Below are positions 21,011-29,722 of a stretch of 31,122 nt of DNA, in pieces (positions within the stretch are counted from its first letter, which is position 1; the number at the start of each line of letters is the position of its first letter). The stretch is taken from positions 1 through 31,122 of the IMG/VR virus record IMGVR_UViG_3300045557_000045, one strand, 5' to 3'. The notes under the pieces are model-generated. The model made no database searches, was not told the origin of the DNA, and saw nothing but the letters and a program-made list of their open reading frames with translations. Made by a program: the position numbers and the translations under genes. This DNA is from a virus (taxonomy: Duplodnaviria; Caudoviricetes).

Positions 21011-21200
21011 ATATGTTTTCTTCCTTTGCCAATAAAATATTCTTTGTGGTATCGCTTTTGCTTGAGGCTTTCTTCGTTGGCTTCAAAGTCGATTTGATTG
21101 ATGTATACGAAACGATTTCCCCGCCGCGCACGATTATGTGAAGTTCACCATACTCAATGCGCTTCAACTCTTCCGCGATTTCCTGCAAATCTTTGTCCAT
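21000..21200 (-). CDS. DUF2292/YezD-like small protein
   Basis: MDKDLQEIAEELKRIEYGELHIIVRGGEIV matches the helix-'YGE(I/L)xIxVxxGxIV' pattern of DUF2292 (recognised by eye). Confidence 0.7.
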   Translation of the reverse strand: MDKDLQEIAEELKRIEYGELHIIVRGGEIVSYTSIKSTLKPTKKASSKSDTTKNILLAKEENIYER

Positions 21201-22271
21201 GGGCACCTGACTTAATCGCCGCTGCGGGTTCGGGCATCGCCTGGACCCTGTTCCTGAACTCACTGGCCAACCTTTGCAGTTGCTGCCGGCCTTCTTCCGT
21301 TATTGGTTTCAGATCATCTGTGGTAAGCGAACTCGTGCTCCAGGTTTGCGGTTCCTTGCGCTGTGCATGTGAGTGCATCTTCGAAAGCAGTTCCTGCAGG
21401 TTCTTCTCGATGCTATGAATCGTAAACTCACATCGCCGCGACTCAGGTGGTCCCTTCCAGGTATCTCGGGAGCAGGCAAACCAGATCGTGCGCCAATGTT
21501 CGAAGTAGTACCTGATTGCGTCGATCACGATCTCAGCGTGCATGCCGACCGCTTTCACCATGTTTTCTGCGCTCTTAAGCGTGACTGTGTCAGGCATGAT
21601 CGTAATTTCCCGTCGCCATTCGGTATTGATCCAGCCAATATGTCGCAACTTTGTGTGCAAGGATCTTTGTGGCGTGCTCTTCGGCTTTTCCGGCTTTGGA
21701 ATCGTCTCTCGCGGGCGCGCGCGTCTCTCTCTCTTCTTCTTGTTTCTTTTCCTTCTTCTTTTTCTTCCCCAAGGGGGTCGACAGGTGCTTCCAAGGGGCT
21801 TTGAAGGGGCTCCGAACCCCCTTCTTTGGGACTCTCCTCCCCTTTTTGAGGTTCTCTACCAAGGAGTGTGTCGCGAATCTCTGGCGCCGCGTGCTCGAGA
21901 ACATTATCGATGAGGGATTTGTCTTTTACCTCCGCAAGTTCGGAGGCGATACAGGTTAAACGGTTGTCTTTAATCGTTGTAGGATAGTTGTATTTCGCCC
22001 AATTAAGCACCGCGAGCTCATGCGTCTGTGGATTGTATTTGATCCGCTTGAGCCCATTCTGGAATCGATCGATGAGATTCTTGACTGCCTCGATGGAGTA
22101 TCCCATTTCAAATGCGATCTGCTTTAGTGCTATCTTGTAGATACCACATTGCGAGGTGTGTTCGTTCGTGAAAAGGTACAGGTAGAAAAACTTATCTTCC
22201 GGCGTAAAGAATTCAACGACATTCGGATCCGACCAAAACTCGGTATATACCATGCGGAATGGTGCTGCCAT
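21154..22271 (-). CDS. Phage replication initiator (N-terminal winged helix, charged linker; frameshift)
   Basis: FRMVYTEFWSDP..FTPEDKFFYLYLFTNEHTSQCGIY..KQIAFEMGYS is typical of DnaD/RepO-type phage initiators; continues in ORF 21154..21660. Confidence 0.8.
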
Positions 22272-22273
22272 AT

Positions 22274-22696
22274 TCAGTTCCTTTCCTGCGCAAGCGCAGG
22301 GTATTCCTCACGATGACGTTTGTTCGATTCGATGATCCGTGCCGGTACCCGAAGGTGTGGAGCATAAATCTTGAGGTAATCAGCGAGATTCTCATCACTT
22401 ACCTTGCACCATTCTTCGACTGTCGCCGCGGACCAGACCTTTCTTCCAGAAATCCAGCTATCGGGAAGGCCGCCTTTCGGCTGCATAGCAAGACAGTTTT
22501 TCAATGTGCTGAGAGCAATTCCGCCTTTCATGATTCCGTATTTCCGCTGATGTGCCTGGGCGAGTGTGTACCATCGCTGGCCAGAACCATCGATGACTGC
22601 GCGAAGCATATCCTCAATAAGATCAAGCTGTGGCAACCGGATCAAGATTCCGGGATTCGCCGCGGCGGGATCTGGTTTGAATTCAAGATCAGTCAT
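22274..22696 (-). CDS. Putative DNA-binding protein (excisionase-like winged HTH)
   Basis: WYTLAQA...IALSTLKN...GRKVWSAATVEEW resembles the Xis/AlpA fold pattern; early-operon position. Confidence 0.45.
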   Translation of the reverse strand: MTDLEFKPDPAAANPGILIRLPQLDLIEDMLRAVIDGSGQRWYTLAQAHQRKYGIMKGGIALSTLKNCLAMQPKGGLPDSWISGRKVWSAATVEEWCKVSDENLADYLKIYAPHLRVPARIIESNKRHREEYPALAQERN

Positions 22697-22707
22697 ATCT
22701 GCTCCAA

Positions 22708-22963
22708 TCAGAATTCAATATCTTCTCCAGCACCAGATTCCTGGATCGTATTCTGGTGGAAGCCGTAGTTTTGCCTTTCGAAACCATGCCTCGATGTAGT
22801 AATCCGGGAATCGGTCGCCGCGCTGCTTCTTCTCGTTCCTCACGAGCTTGCACGAAAGCTTCTGTCCGGCAGCCAGATTGATGCCGGCCTCCGCGGAGAT
22901 CTCGCCGGATATCTGTTTTTTCTTGTTCTCATCCTCATGGACCCACAATGAACCTACGCGCAT
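22708..22963 (-). CDS. DUF736-like protein with probable acidic SSB-like tail
   Basis: MRVGSLW...ISGEI...RNEKK...PDYYI; an alternative frame ends QESGAGEDIEF* at 22708. Confidence 0.6.
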
Positions 22964-23842
22964 GTCTTCTCCCTTCCCTGTCTTCTTTCTCGAATCCGAA
23001 GGTCAGTTGACCTTCCAGCTCGTCGATGCCCGTCATGAGCTGGCCGATCCTCAGCTCACACCTCTCCTTCTTCCTCGTCTCCCGTTTCAGATCGTCCTTC
23101 ATCCGCTCGAGGCGTTCTTCCTTCGTCTCGATCTCCTCATCCTCCGGGAGCGTGAAAAGGTCGACCTCATGCTTATTCTTGCCGCAGAACGCCCTGATTT
23201 GCTGGATCGAGCAGCCTTCGACGGCCATGTCCGCGGCCTTCGCCATATCCTCACCCTGACCGAGGACGGTATCGACGAGGGCAGGAGAACCAGAAGCCGC
23301 AACGTCCTCGAGATCGAACTCGAGCTGAGCCTTGATCAGGTTCGTCGCCTGTTTCTTCGGAATCCTCGCGTGACGGTCCAGGAAATCCTCGAACCGCGCG
23401 CCCTTCTCGATCGACAGCTTCTGCATCTTCGAGAGCGACAGGCCCAGCTTCCTGTTGAGCTCGCCCTGCTGTTTGAGGAGGTCGATGATCTCGTCCTGTT
23501 TGGCCTTGAGCGCCTCGTCGGCAAGGTAGGGGTCATGGTAGACGCCCTCCTTGATCGCGACGTCGACGATCGAATGGAAGAGCGCCCAGAAGAGAGTCGG
23601 ATGCTTGTTCCGCCCGGGGATGAGCTTACGGGTGGCAATGATGTGGTGAGTGAATTCATGCAGGGCGGTATACATGAGGGCATCGTCATTCTGAAAATTC
23701 CTGTTGTGAATGACGATAGTCATGCTTCCGGGCTTGTAGAACCCGTTGACTCTGCCCGACGCCTTGCCGAAGAACACTAAAGTGAAGTCGTCGCAGGGAT
23801 CTTCAGGGAAAGAAGTTTTTCCTTTACGGTATCCTGATTCAC
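22935..23842 (-). CDS. HExxH zincin/SprT-like protein resembling a conserved spirochaete hypothetical protein
   Basis: GTG start (MNQDTVKEKLLSL.., SD AAGGAGG); GKASGRVNGFYKP...IHNRNF...YTALHEFTHH...HPTLFW; C-terminal coiled coil. Confidence 0.7.
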
Positions 23843-23872
23843 GATTCTATACCTCCTTTGATTATTCAGCTT

Positions 23873-23945
23873 TTGCGGATGCAGGAGTCGAACCTGCTGT
23901 CTCCGGGATATGAGCCCGGCGTGGAATCCGTTTCACCCATCCGCC
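23873..23945 (-). tRNA. tRNA-Met(CAT), initiator-like; CCA not encoded
   Basis: 73-nt cloverleaf: acceptor GGCGGAT/ATCCGCA with G1:A72 mismatch, anticodon arm CCGGG-CTCATAT-CCCGG (three G-C pairs next to the loop), T arm GCAGG-TTCGACT-CCTGC. Confidence 0.85.
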
Positions 23946-24009
23946 ATGGCGCCAGGCTCTTACGCGGTCTGGCTTACGTGTCCGGGCCGAAACACCGTGA
24001 CAGTTTTTA

Positions 24010-24471
24010 TTACAAAGCTTTCAGCTTTCTTACTTCGAAATGACCGGCGAGCCTCGGCTCGTTATCCATAATGAGCCTCGCATACCTCGAGGCATAATTA
24101 TTGTTCAACTTATAATCCTTCATGTCGTGTTCAGTCTGTTCATAGGCATACCGCAATTCCTCGAAATAGACCGCAATACCGCGTCGGCGCCCTTTTTCTC
24201 TGTCAGCGAGAGCAAGCTTCACCAGATTCCGGTATATATGTGGGTTTTTCGCGTGAAAGTCGACAAATCTTTCCTCGATGGTATTCCCTGACGCGGGAAG
24301 ATTTGGAAAAAGCTCGAGTTGAATATTCTTAAAAGAACTCTGCGATTTTGGTGCGGGCACTCCAAAACGTCTTCTATATTCCGCGAGGCTCATCCACTCA
24401 TCTCCTACGCGAATATGCGCATCATCATCGCTTTTTTGAAATCTTTCCTGGATAGTCTGCAAGAGTCCCAT
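24010..24471 (-). CDS. Conserved phage hypothetical protein
   Basis: RFVDFHAKNPHIY...FEELRY...YKLNNNYASRYARLIM...HFEVR, a pattern I recall from other phage early regions; SD GAGGAG. Confidence 0.7.
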   Translation of the reverse strand: MGLLQTIQERFQKSDDDAHIRVGDEWMSLAEYRRRFGVPAPKSQSSFKNIQLELFPNLPASGNTIEERFVDFHAKNPHIYRNLVKLALADREKGRRRGIAVYFEELRYAYEQTEHDMKDYKLNNNYASRYARLIMDNEPRLAGHFEVRKLKAL

Positions 24472-24482
24472 ATTCAATCTCC

Positions 24483-24965
24483 TCAAGAAATGTCGTCCGC
24501 CCCACTCGGGAAGGAGGAGGCATCGGCCCTCTCGGATGGAACGAACGACATGATTTCCAACGCGATGCGGACACCGGGCTTTTCGCCGGGCCTGGCGTAC
24601 CGCTTGATCGAATGAATGCTCGCGACATATGCATCATCCTGCCACGCACCTGCCTTCGTGAGTGCGTCGAGAACCGCCTTTTCGAGGTTGTCGATATCTG
24701 GTTTTTTCGTATGAAACGTTTCGGCATATTGCAGCGTATTCGAAGATTTTCCGCTTCGTTCGAAAATGAACTCGAGCCGGACTTCGACCGGGCCCTGTGC
24801 CAACAGGTCCGGAGAGGTAAGATATCCAATCGAAATCTGATTCTTCCAATAATCAGCTGACGGATCGTGATAAACCCCATTGCGTCCCGCCCGAGGACGT
24901 GGCGCAGGCTTCGGTGTTCCATAGACCTGAAATTCAATTCTGGCGACTCACGAACGTGATTTCAT
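24483..24965 (-). CDS. rusA: RusA-like Holliday junction resolvase (in-frame TGA at codon 6, probably an error)
   Basis: VYGTPKPAPRPR, KKPDIDNLEKAVLDAL..AGAWQDDAYV. Confidence 0.88.
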
Positions 24966-25090
24966 CTAATACCTCGTACGAGCGCCGCGGCGATACCGAT
25001 CGCCAACAGGAATTTCACGAAGCTCCAAAGTAGGGGATGCTTTCTGCTCCAGAGTAGGAATGTGCTGAATTGCCATTGAAGCCGGCTCAT
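24962..25090 (-). CDS. Small membrane protein (42 aa)
   Basis: MSRLQWQFSTFLLWSRKHPLLWSFVKFLLAIGIAAALVRGIR; SD AGGAGG; ATGA coupling to rusA. Confidence 0.55.
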   Translation of the reverse strand: MSRLQWQFSTFLLWSRKHPLLWSFVKFLLAIGIAAALVRGIR

Positions 25091-25107
25091 TATGCCTCCT
25101 CTTTCGT

Positions 25108-25314
25108 TCACAGAAACTCGACCATTAGGACGATCAGAAGCATTGGAACACCGATCGCCGCGGCGGCCAGAAATTCCCTGAGTGATCTATGCTTGTTTTG
25201 AAGATTGCGCGTGAAGTGTTTTCGTTTTATTCTCGATTTATGTGAAAGGAGAAAATCAATGCAACGTACTTTCCCCGAGTTTACAGTTAGAACTGAAAAT
25301 GGAATGATTGTCAT
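25108..25314 (-). CDS. Hypothetical protein with C-terminal hydrophobic segment (start uncertain)
   Basis: 68-aa ORF with ATGA overlap; its 5' half overlaps an antisense gene and promoter. Confidence 0.35.
   Translation of the reverse strand: MTIIPFSVLTVNSGKVRCIDFLLSHKSRIKRKHFTRNLQNKHRSLREFLAAAAIGVPMLLIVLMVEFL
25205..25233 (+). promoter_or_regulatory. Sigma70-type promoter, antisense to the early operon
   Basis: TTGCGC (25205-25210)-17 nt-TATTCT (25228-25233). Confidence 0.6.
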
Positions 25315-25435
25315 CGAGGGACCACCTGATTTTCAGAGTGATGCGAAGCTATGCCCCGAGCTCCTGCCTGAACAGGTAGACCTGTTAATTGAGCAACTGA
25401 AAGCCGCGAAAGCTGAGCTACTGGCAAATACTTGA
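25259..25435 (+). CDS. Small hypothetical protein (58 aa) encoded antisense within the early operon
   Basis: SD AAAGGAG 7 nt before ATG 25259; own promoter; MQRTFPEFTVRTENGMIVIEG...PEQVDLLIEQLKAAKAELLANT. Confidence 0.65.
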   Translation: MQRTFPEFTVRTENGMIVIEGPPDFQSDAKLCPELLPEQVDLLIEQLKAAKAELLANT

Positions 25436-25598
25436 TTGGAAAGCCTGGGGAAAAGCTCTTGAAAAGGTAGTCAAGCTCATCCAGGTTGTGGGCTGTTGCC
25501 CATACATTCAATAAAGCACCTTGTTTTGTGGAGAACTGTACCTCTCCCAATGCGTTTTTTCTGTCACATAGCTTCACATATACTTCAATAACATCCAT
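25311..25598 (-). CDS. Hypothetical early protein
   Basis: SD AGGAGG; second gene after the cro-like gene; 3' third overlaps the antisense gene. Confidence 0.55.
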   Translation of the reverse strand: MDVIEVYVKLCDRKNALGEVQFSTKQGALLNVWATAHNLDELDYLFKSFSPGFPIKYLPVAQLSRLSVAQLTGLPVQAGARGIASHHSENQVVPR

Positions 25599-25609
25599 CG
25601 ATCTGCCTC

Positions 25610-25807
25610 CTATGGATTTGATGTGCTTGATACCGTTTGCTCTTTCTGTTCGCGAATATGTTTAAACAAGATGGCTTTGGCGTACGGGCCTTTCTTGCCG
25701 CCAAAGGGCTTGAGAAAGGCTTCGTACTCGAGATTTTCCTCATCGGTAAGAAAGACCTTTACCTCATGCCATCTGGTTTGAACTATATTTGCATTCTTTG
25801 TTCGCAT
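25610..25807 (-). CDS. Cro-position small regulator (possibly ribbon-helix-helix)
   Basis: Divergent from cI; EVKVFLTDEENLEYEAFLK..G.KKGPYAKAILFKHI fits a beta-alpha-alpha pattern. Confidence 0.6.
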   Translation of the reverse strand: MRTKNANIVQTRWHEVKVFLTDEENLEYEAFLKPFGGKKGPYAKAILFKHIREQKEQTVSSTSNP

Positions 25808-25842
25808 ATTCGATATTCTAATCGAATATTTGATTTTGTCAA
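25806..25842 (-). promoter_or_regulatory. Early lytic promoter with overlapping operator palindrome
   Basis: TTGACA (25842-25837)-16 nt-TAGAAT (25820-25815)-7 nt-ATG; perfect inverted repeat atattcgat-N6-atcgaatat (25806-25829) brackets the -10. Confidence 0.75.
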
Positions 25843-25888
25843 GTTTCTTTTTTCACTAATTTTCACAATTTTTTCCGATAATAGATAT

Positions 25889-26589
25889 ATGGGCCGCAAA
25901 AGAAAAGATTTCGAATCTGCTGAGGTGTTCTGGGAAAACTATAGGCGACTTTTAAGCTTGAAAAGAGAGAAAGAATATTTGCTTCTTGAGAAGGCACATA
26001 TTCCACAGAGCACAATCATTAGTGCGCGCACCAGGAATGCTTTTCCCAATATCATCCATATTCGAGCTCTCGCTAAGGCTTTGAATGTCCAAATAGAAGA
26101 CTTCTTCAAAACACCAGAAACATTCAGCATTGAGATCCATAACCATAAAGGCGAAAAAGAGCCGATAGACGTTTTCGATATCGTGCTCGTGCCAGTCTAT
26201 GCACAGACGGCCGCCGCGGGCAGCGGTCAAGAATCTCTTGATGATGTCTCCATTATTGGCAAGCTGCCATTTCTTAAGAGAATGCTCCGGGGAATCGCTC
26301 CTACGAAAGCCAGAGCTCTCGAGGTTCGCGGCGATTCGATGACTGGAATTCAGCTCTTTGATGGTGATATTGTTGTGTTCATCCCTGGCGAGATACATGG
26401 TGACGGGATCTATGTAATCCGGGTTATGAACGACATCTTCGTGAAGCGCATCGAATTCGACCCTGTGAACCGGAAAATCCGCATCATGTCGGAGAACCGC
26501 GATACCCGGATCGCACCGAATCGGCTGATGGGCAGACGGTTGAGGTTGTCGGGAAAGTCTATGGGTGGGTGCACGCGCATCCGTATTGA
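25889..26589 (+). CDS. CI-like repressor (HTH plus S24 autoprotease; frameshift near C-terminus)
   Basis: N-terminal HTH (IPQSTI...LAKALNVQIEDFF), Ala-Gly cleavage site (AAAG), VRGDSM (Ser), FVKR (Lys); corrected end SENPRYPDR...VVGKVYGWVHAHPY*. Confidence 0.9.
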
Positions 26590-26667
26590 TTTTTATCTTT
26601 ACAACTTCAAGATTAGCGTTTTATAATTCTTTTGCAGCTAATTATTCAAAATACAGGAGGCTATATC

Positions 26668-27225
26668 ATGAAAACAAACAAAAATAGTATTGTATTTTTT
26701 TCTTTTTTCTTTTCTTATCATCGATTTTTCTAAGCCCTCTATTTGCCCAATCTGATTCTGACTATGTTGTAAAGTACTTCGTTGATGATTTTGGCGATCC
26801 GACTGACCATAAATACCTTTTTTACCGTCGTTACAGGTAAATTTTCAAATTCAGCAACAAAAGATTCAAAATTAGCCGTTGGAGTAATTATCGCTGATAG
26901 TGAGATTAGTTTGATATTATATGAATATGGCTCTAATCGTGTTACTGGAAGCGAATATGATACTTATATACTTAAAATGAAATTTCCAAATGGTTATGTT
27001 TTTGAAAAATCCACCCAAATTGACAAGTATTCAAGTAGATTATTCCTCTCAAAACTCTTTGATTCATCCATTGATTTTGATACAATGTTCAGTGGCTTGG
27101 CACCAATGAAAATATATATCTATGAAAAGGATCGTCCATATACCAATTATTCATTCTCAATAACATTTCCATCAAAAGACTATATAAAAAGCAATCTAGG
27201 AGATATTTTCTGGATACAATACTAA
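26668..27225 (+). CDS. Exported/membrane hypothetical protein (frameshifted in T-runs); superinfection-exclusion position
   Basis: SD AGGAGG; signal-peptide-like start MKTNKNSIVFFLFSF...LFAQ; then VKYFVDDFGDPT...GKFSNSATKDSKL. Confidence 0.6.
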
Positions 27226-27798
27226 ATTGCTAATATGGACAGACTGTTTTGAGTCAGCTAACAGCCAAACTATGGAATGCAATGCCGCAAACCAAAGCAT
27301 TTTGCAGTATGTAATTTGCAGTTGAAATCCTTATAACTGTAATTAAATGAACTGTACAATGCCAGGTGAGCTCAATTCTCATATGCCAACTACAGAAATG
27401 TATACAAGAATGCTGAACATATTTTTGCCTATAAGGAATAGTTTGGTTGGAAGAACTCTTTCAGTAGATGAGATGGCAAATATACTGAATTCTATGGCCT
27501 ATTCTAAAATATAAAAAAATGCCCATGGTTTTTTATAATGGCAGGATCTCCGCAAAAACACTGGAGAAAAACCTTAAGATGATTGAGGTTAGAATTCGGA
27601 GGTTACTCAATAGCCTCAACCGTAATTTATGGGATTATCCCTATGTTTTTCTTCAAGCAAAATTTTAATTATGAATTAGCCACCTCTACAACTCTGCCAT
27701 TTTAATCGCATCATCAATTATGAATAGTCTGAATGAAGAGGGAACAGTATAGGAGCATCTTATTTTTATGATAAGATCATGCTAGTAATTAAATATAC

Positions 27799-27827
27799 TT
27801 TACAAATGTTTAGTGTGCGGTTAAGCT
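27799..27827 (+). promoter_or_regulatory. Putative promoter of the methyltransferase (leaderless configuration)
   Basis: TTTACA-17 nt-TAAGCT-6 nt-ATG; no SD. Confidence 0.5.
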
Positions 27828-27833
27828 CTTTTC

Positions 27834-28577
27834 ATGCTCCCAGATAATCTCCTTAACCACATCTTCCTCGAAAACTATGAAACCGGCATCATGAGAATCC
27901 CGGATGGCGCTATCGATCTCATCCTTACAGATCCGCCGTATGGCGTGACAGACTGTGAGTGGGATGTCCGCCCGGATCTGGATTTCATGTGGAAAGAATT
28001 CAACCGAGTCCTGAAGCCAAACGGCGCCGCGGTTGTCACAGCCACACAGCCTTTCGCCACCGATCTAATCAACGCCAATAGAAAATGGTTTAGATATGAC
28101 CTTGTTTGGGTGAAATCAAATCCAGTAGGATTTCTTAACTCCCATAAGATGCCAATGCGTCAGCACGAGCTTGTGCTGATATTTTATAGACGGCTTCCAA
28201 CCTACAACCCTCAAATGTCCAAGAGCGCGCCGCGCGTGGCGAAAGCATTGAAAAGAGAATCGAGAGGATCCGGAGTCTATCGGAAGACATTAAATATTTC
28301 TTATGAACATGAGGGGCATTACCCAACAAGTATTTTACCCTTCAACAAAGAGGGTGGAGGAAAGGATCGGCATCCAACACAGAAACCGGTCGCTTTGTTT
28401 GAATACTTGATAAGAACCTATTCGAATCCTGGAGAAATTGTGCTGGATCCGTTCATGGGGTCAGGGACAACGGCTATCTCCGCGCTGAAAACTGATAGAA
28501 AATTTATAGTTTTTGAGAAGAATCAAGATTATCATCAAATTTCAATTTATCGTGTAGAGAATATAGGTATTCCTTAA
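27834..28577 (+). CDS. DNA N6-adenine/N4-cytosine methyltransferase, beta class (orphan)
   Basis: DLILTDPPYG precedes HPTQKP and VLDPFMGSGTT; intact ORF. Confidence 0.93.
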   Translation: MLPDNLLNHIFLENYETGIMRIPDGAIDLILTDPPYGVTDCEWDVRPDLDFMWKEFNRVLKPNGAAVVTATQPFATDLINANRKWFRYDLVWVKSNPVGFLNSHKMPMRQHELVLIFYRRLPTYNPQMSKSAPRVAKALKRESRGSGVYRKTLNISYEHEGHYPTSILPFNKEGGGKDRHPTQKPVALFEYLIRTYSNPGEIVLDPFMGSGTTAISALKTDRKFIVFEKNQDYHQISIYRVENIGIP

Positions 28578-28679
28578 TTAGGACACTATTTTCTATTGCT
28601 TTCTATTCTTGATGTGATAAATGCTAACTGTTAATGCTCAAATTAATATATACTATTGAATAAAAACAATAGGAATAAC

Positions 28680-29629
28680 ATGGACTCAATTAGAATCGAT
28701 CTAAATGAAAAGAAAAATGATCAGTGCGTAATAGGATGCAAAAAGCGAAAAAGAAATTATATTGAAGAAAATTCATTATGTGGGATTGTATTCTCAGTTA
28801 TTGATAATCTACCCGTGCGATGTGTTGGGGGCTGGGCAAAGGAAAAAATTTATTTTCTCAAGCGAGAATTTGAAATATTTTCAGGCGGTATGAAAAATCT
28901 TGGCAGAAGACCGGACTAGGGTATTTTGAAATTGGCTGTGGTCCTGGCGTTGTATTGATCGTGATGCTGGTATTGAATTTGATGGAACAGCTCTTACAAT
29001 ATTAAAATCGAATGGTCTTAAGTATTTAAGGGTCGCAAGATTTATCGATATTGAAGAAAAAGGTATTAGGGCGTTGAATTCAAGAATACATACACTTGGT
29101 TTGGACTCAATAGCTAGAGGAGTTGTGGGAAGCTATACTGATGGTAAATTTATTGCAAACTTGATAATCTCGTCGAATCCTTTCGGTTTAAATCTCGTTT
29201 TTATTGATCCTACAGATTGCTCTGTTCCATTTTCCACCCTTAAAGAAATACATGACACAGGCGTTAAATTTGATTTAATTATTAATGTTGCTACAAAAAC
29301 AGACTTTACGAGAAATATTAAATTTGCTATTGATTCACCGCTCTCTGATGTAAGGAAAAAATATGAAGATTTTTTAGGGAATCATGAATTTTTCAAATCA
29401 GAAGCATTATAAAAGCCATACGCTTTCAGAATTATGAAGAAGTTCGAAAATTATTTATTAATACATATCAAGAAATGCTAAAAGGAATAGGCTTTAGCTA
29501 CTTCGGAAGAGAACAAATAGAAGGCTATTATGAACTTATCTTTGCTTCTGGTCATCTTCGGGTTTTGATTTTTGGAAGAAAGCTGTAGATACGATTTCTT
29601 TTGATGGTCAAAGAAGTCTTGGGATTTAA
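28680..29629 (+). CDS. tcmP: Three-Cys-motif partner protein (TcmP-like, SAM-methyltransferase fold; several frameshifts)
   Basis: VGGWAKEKIYFLKR, YFEIGCGPG, FDGTAL, FIDIE, NLVFIDP, YELIFASGH..GFDFW; adjacent to a Gp37Gp68 gene. Confidence 0.75.
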
Positions 29630-29722
29630 AAAATAATCTAAAAGCTATTTTAAAAGTAGATTTTCACACAAAAACAAATAGATATGCTATACTATTGTAT
29701 AGATAAATGAAGAAGGGAAGTA

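Noticed and set aside
22848-23780. 310-aa plus-strand ORF (similarly 15216..16184, 13982..14566, 14743..15300)
   Set aside because: Antisense shadows of codon-biased minus-strand genes that carry clear motifs; no independent signals
23873-23945. tRNA as the prophage attachment site
   Set aside because: It is internal to the early operon, far from the integrase, and no duplicate of its 3' end was seen in the window
23946-24005. Ribozyme or second tRNA next to the tRNA gene
   Set aside because: Only weak hairpins (gccag..ctggc); no hammerhead, twister, pistol or HDV-like core and no cloverleaf recognised; the tRNA 3' trailer is a short spacer with an SD
24948-24950. In-frame TGA in rusA as evidence of stop-codon reassignment
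   Set aside because: Single instance; TGA is the normal terminator of many genes here (ATGA overlaps) and no suppressor tRNA is present
25637-25888. N-terminal extension of the repressor in the 329-aa ORF
   Set aside because: It overlaps the divergent cro-like gene and its promoter; the HTH begins at ATG 25889
27834-28577. Type II restriction-modification system
   Set aside because: No adjacent endonuclease-like ORF recognised; the MTase looks like a typical orphan phage enzyme
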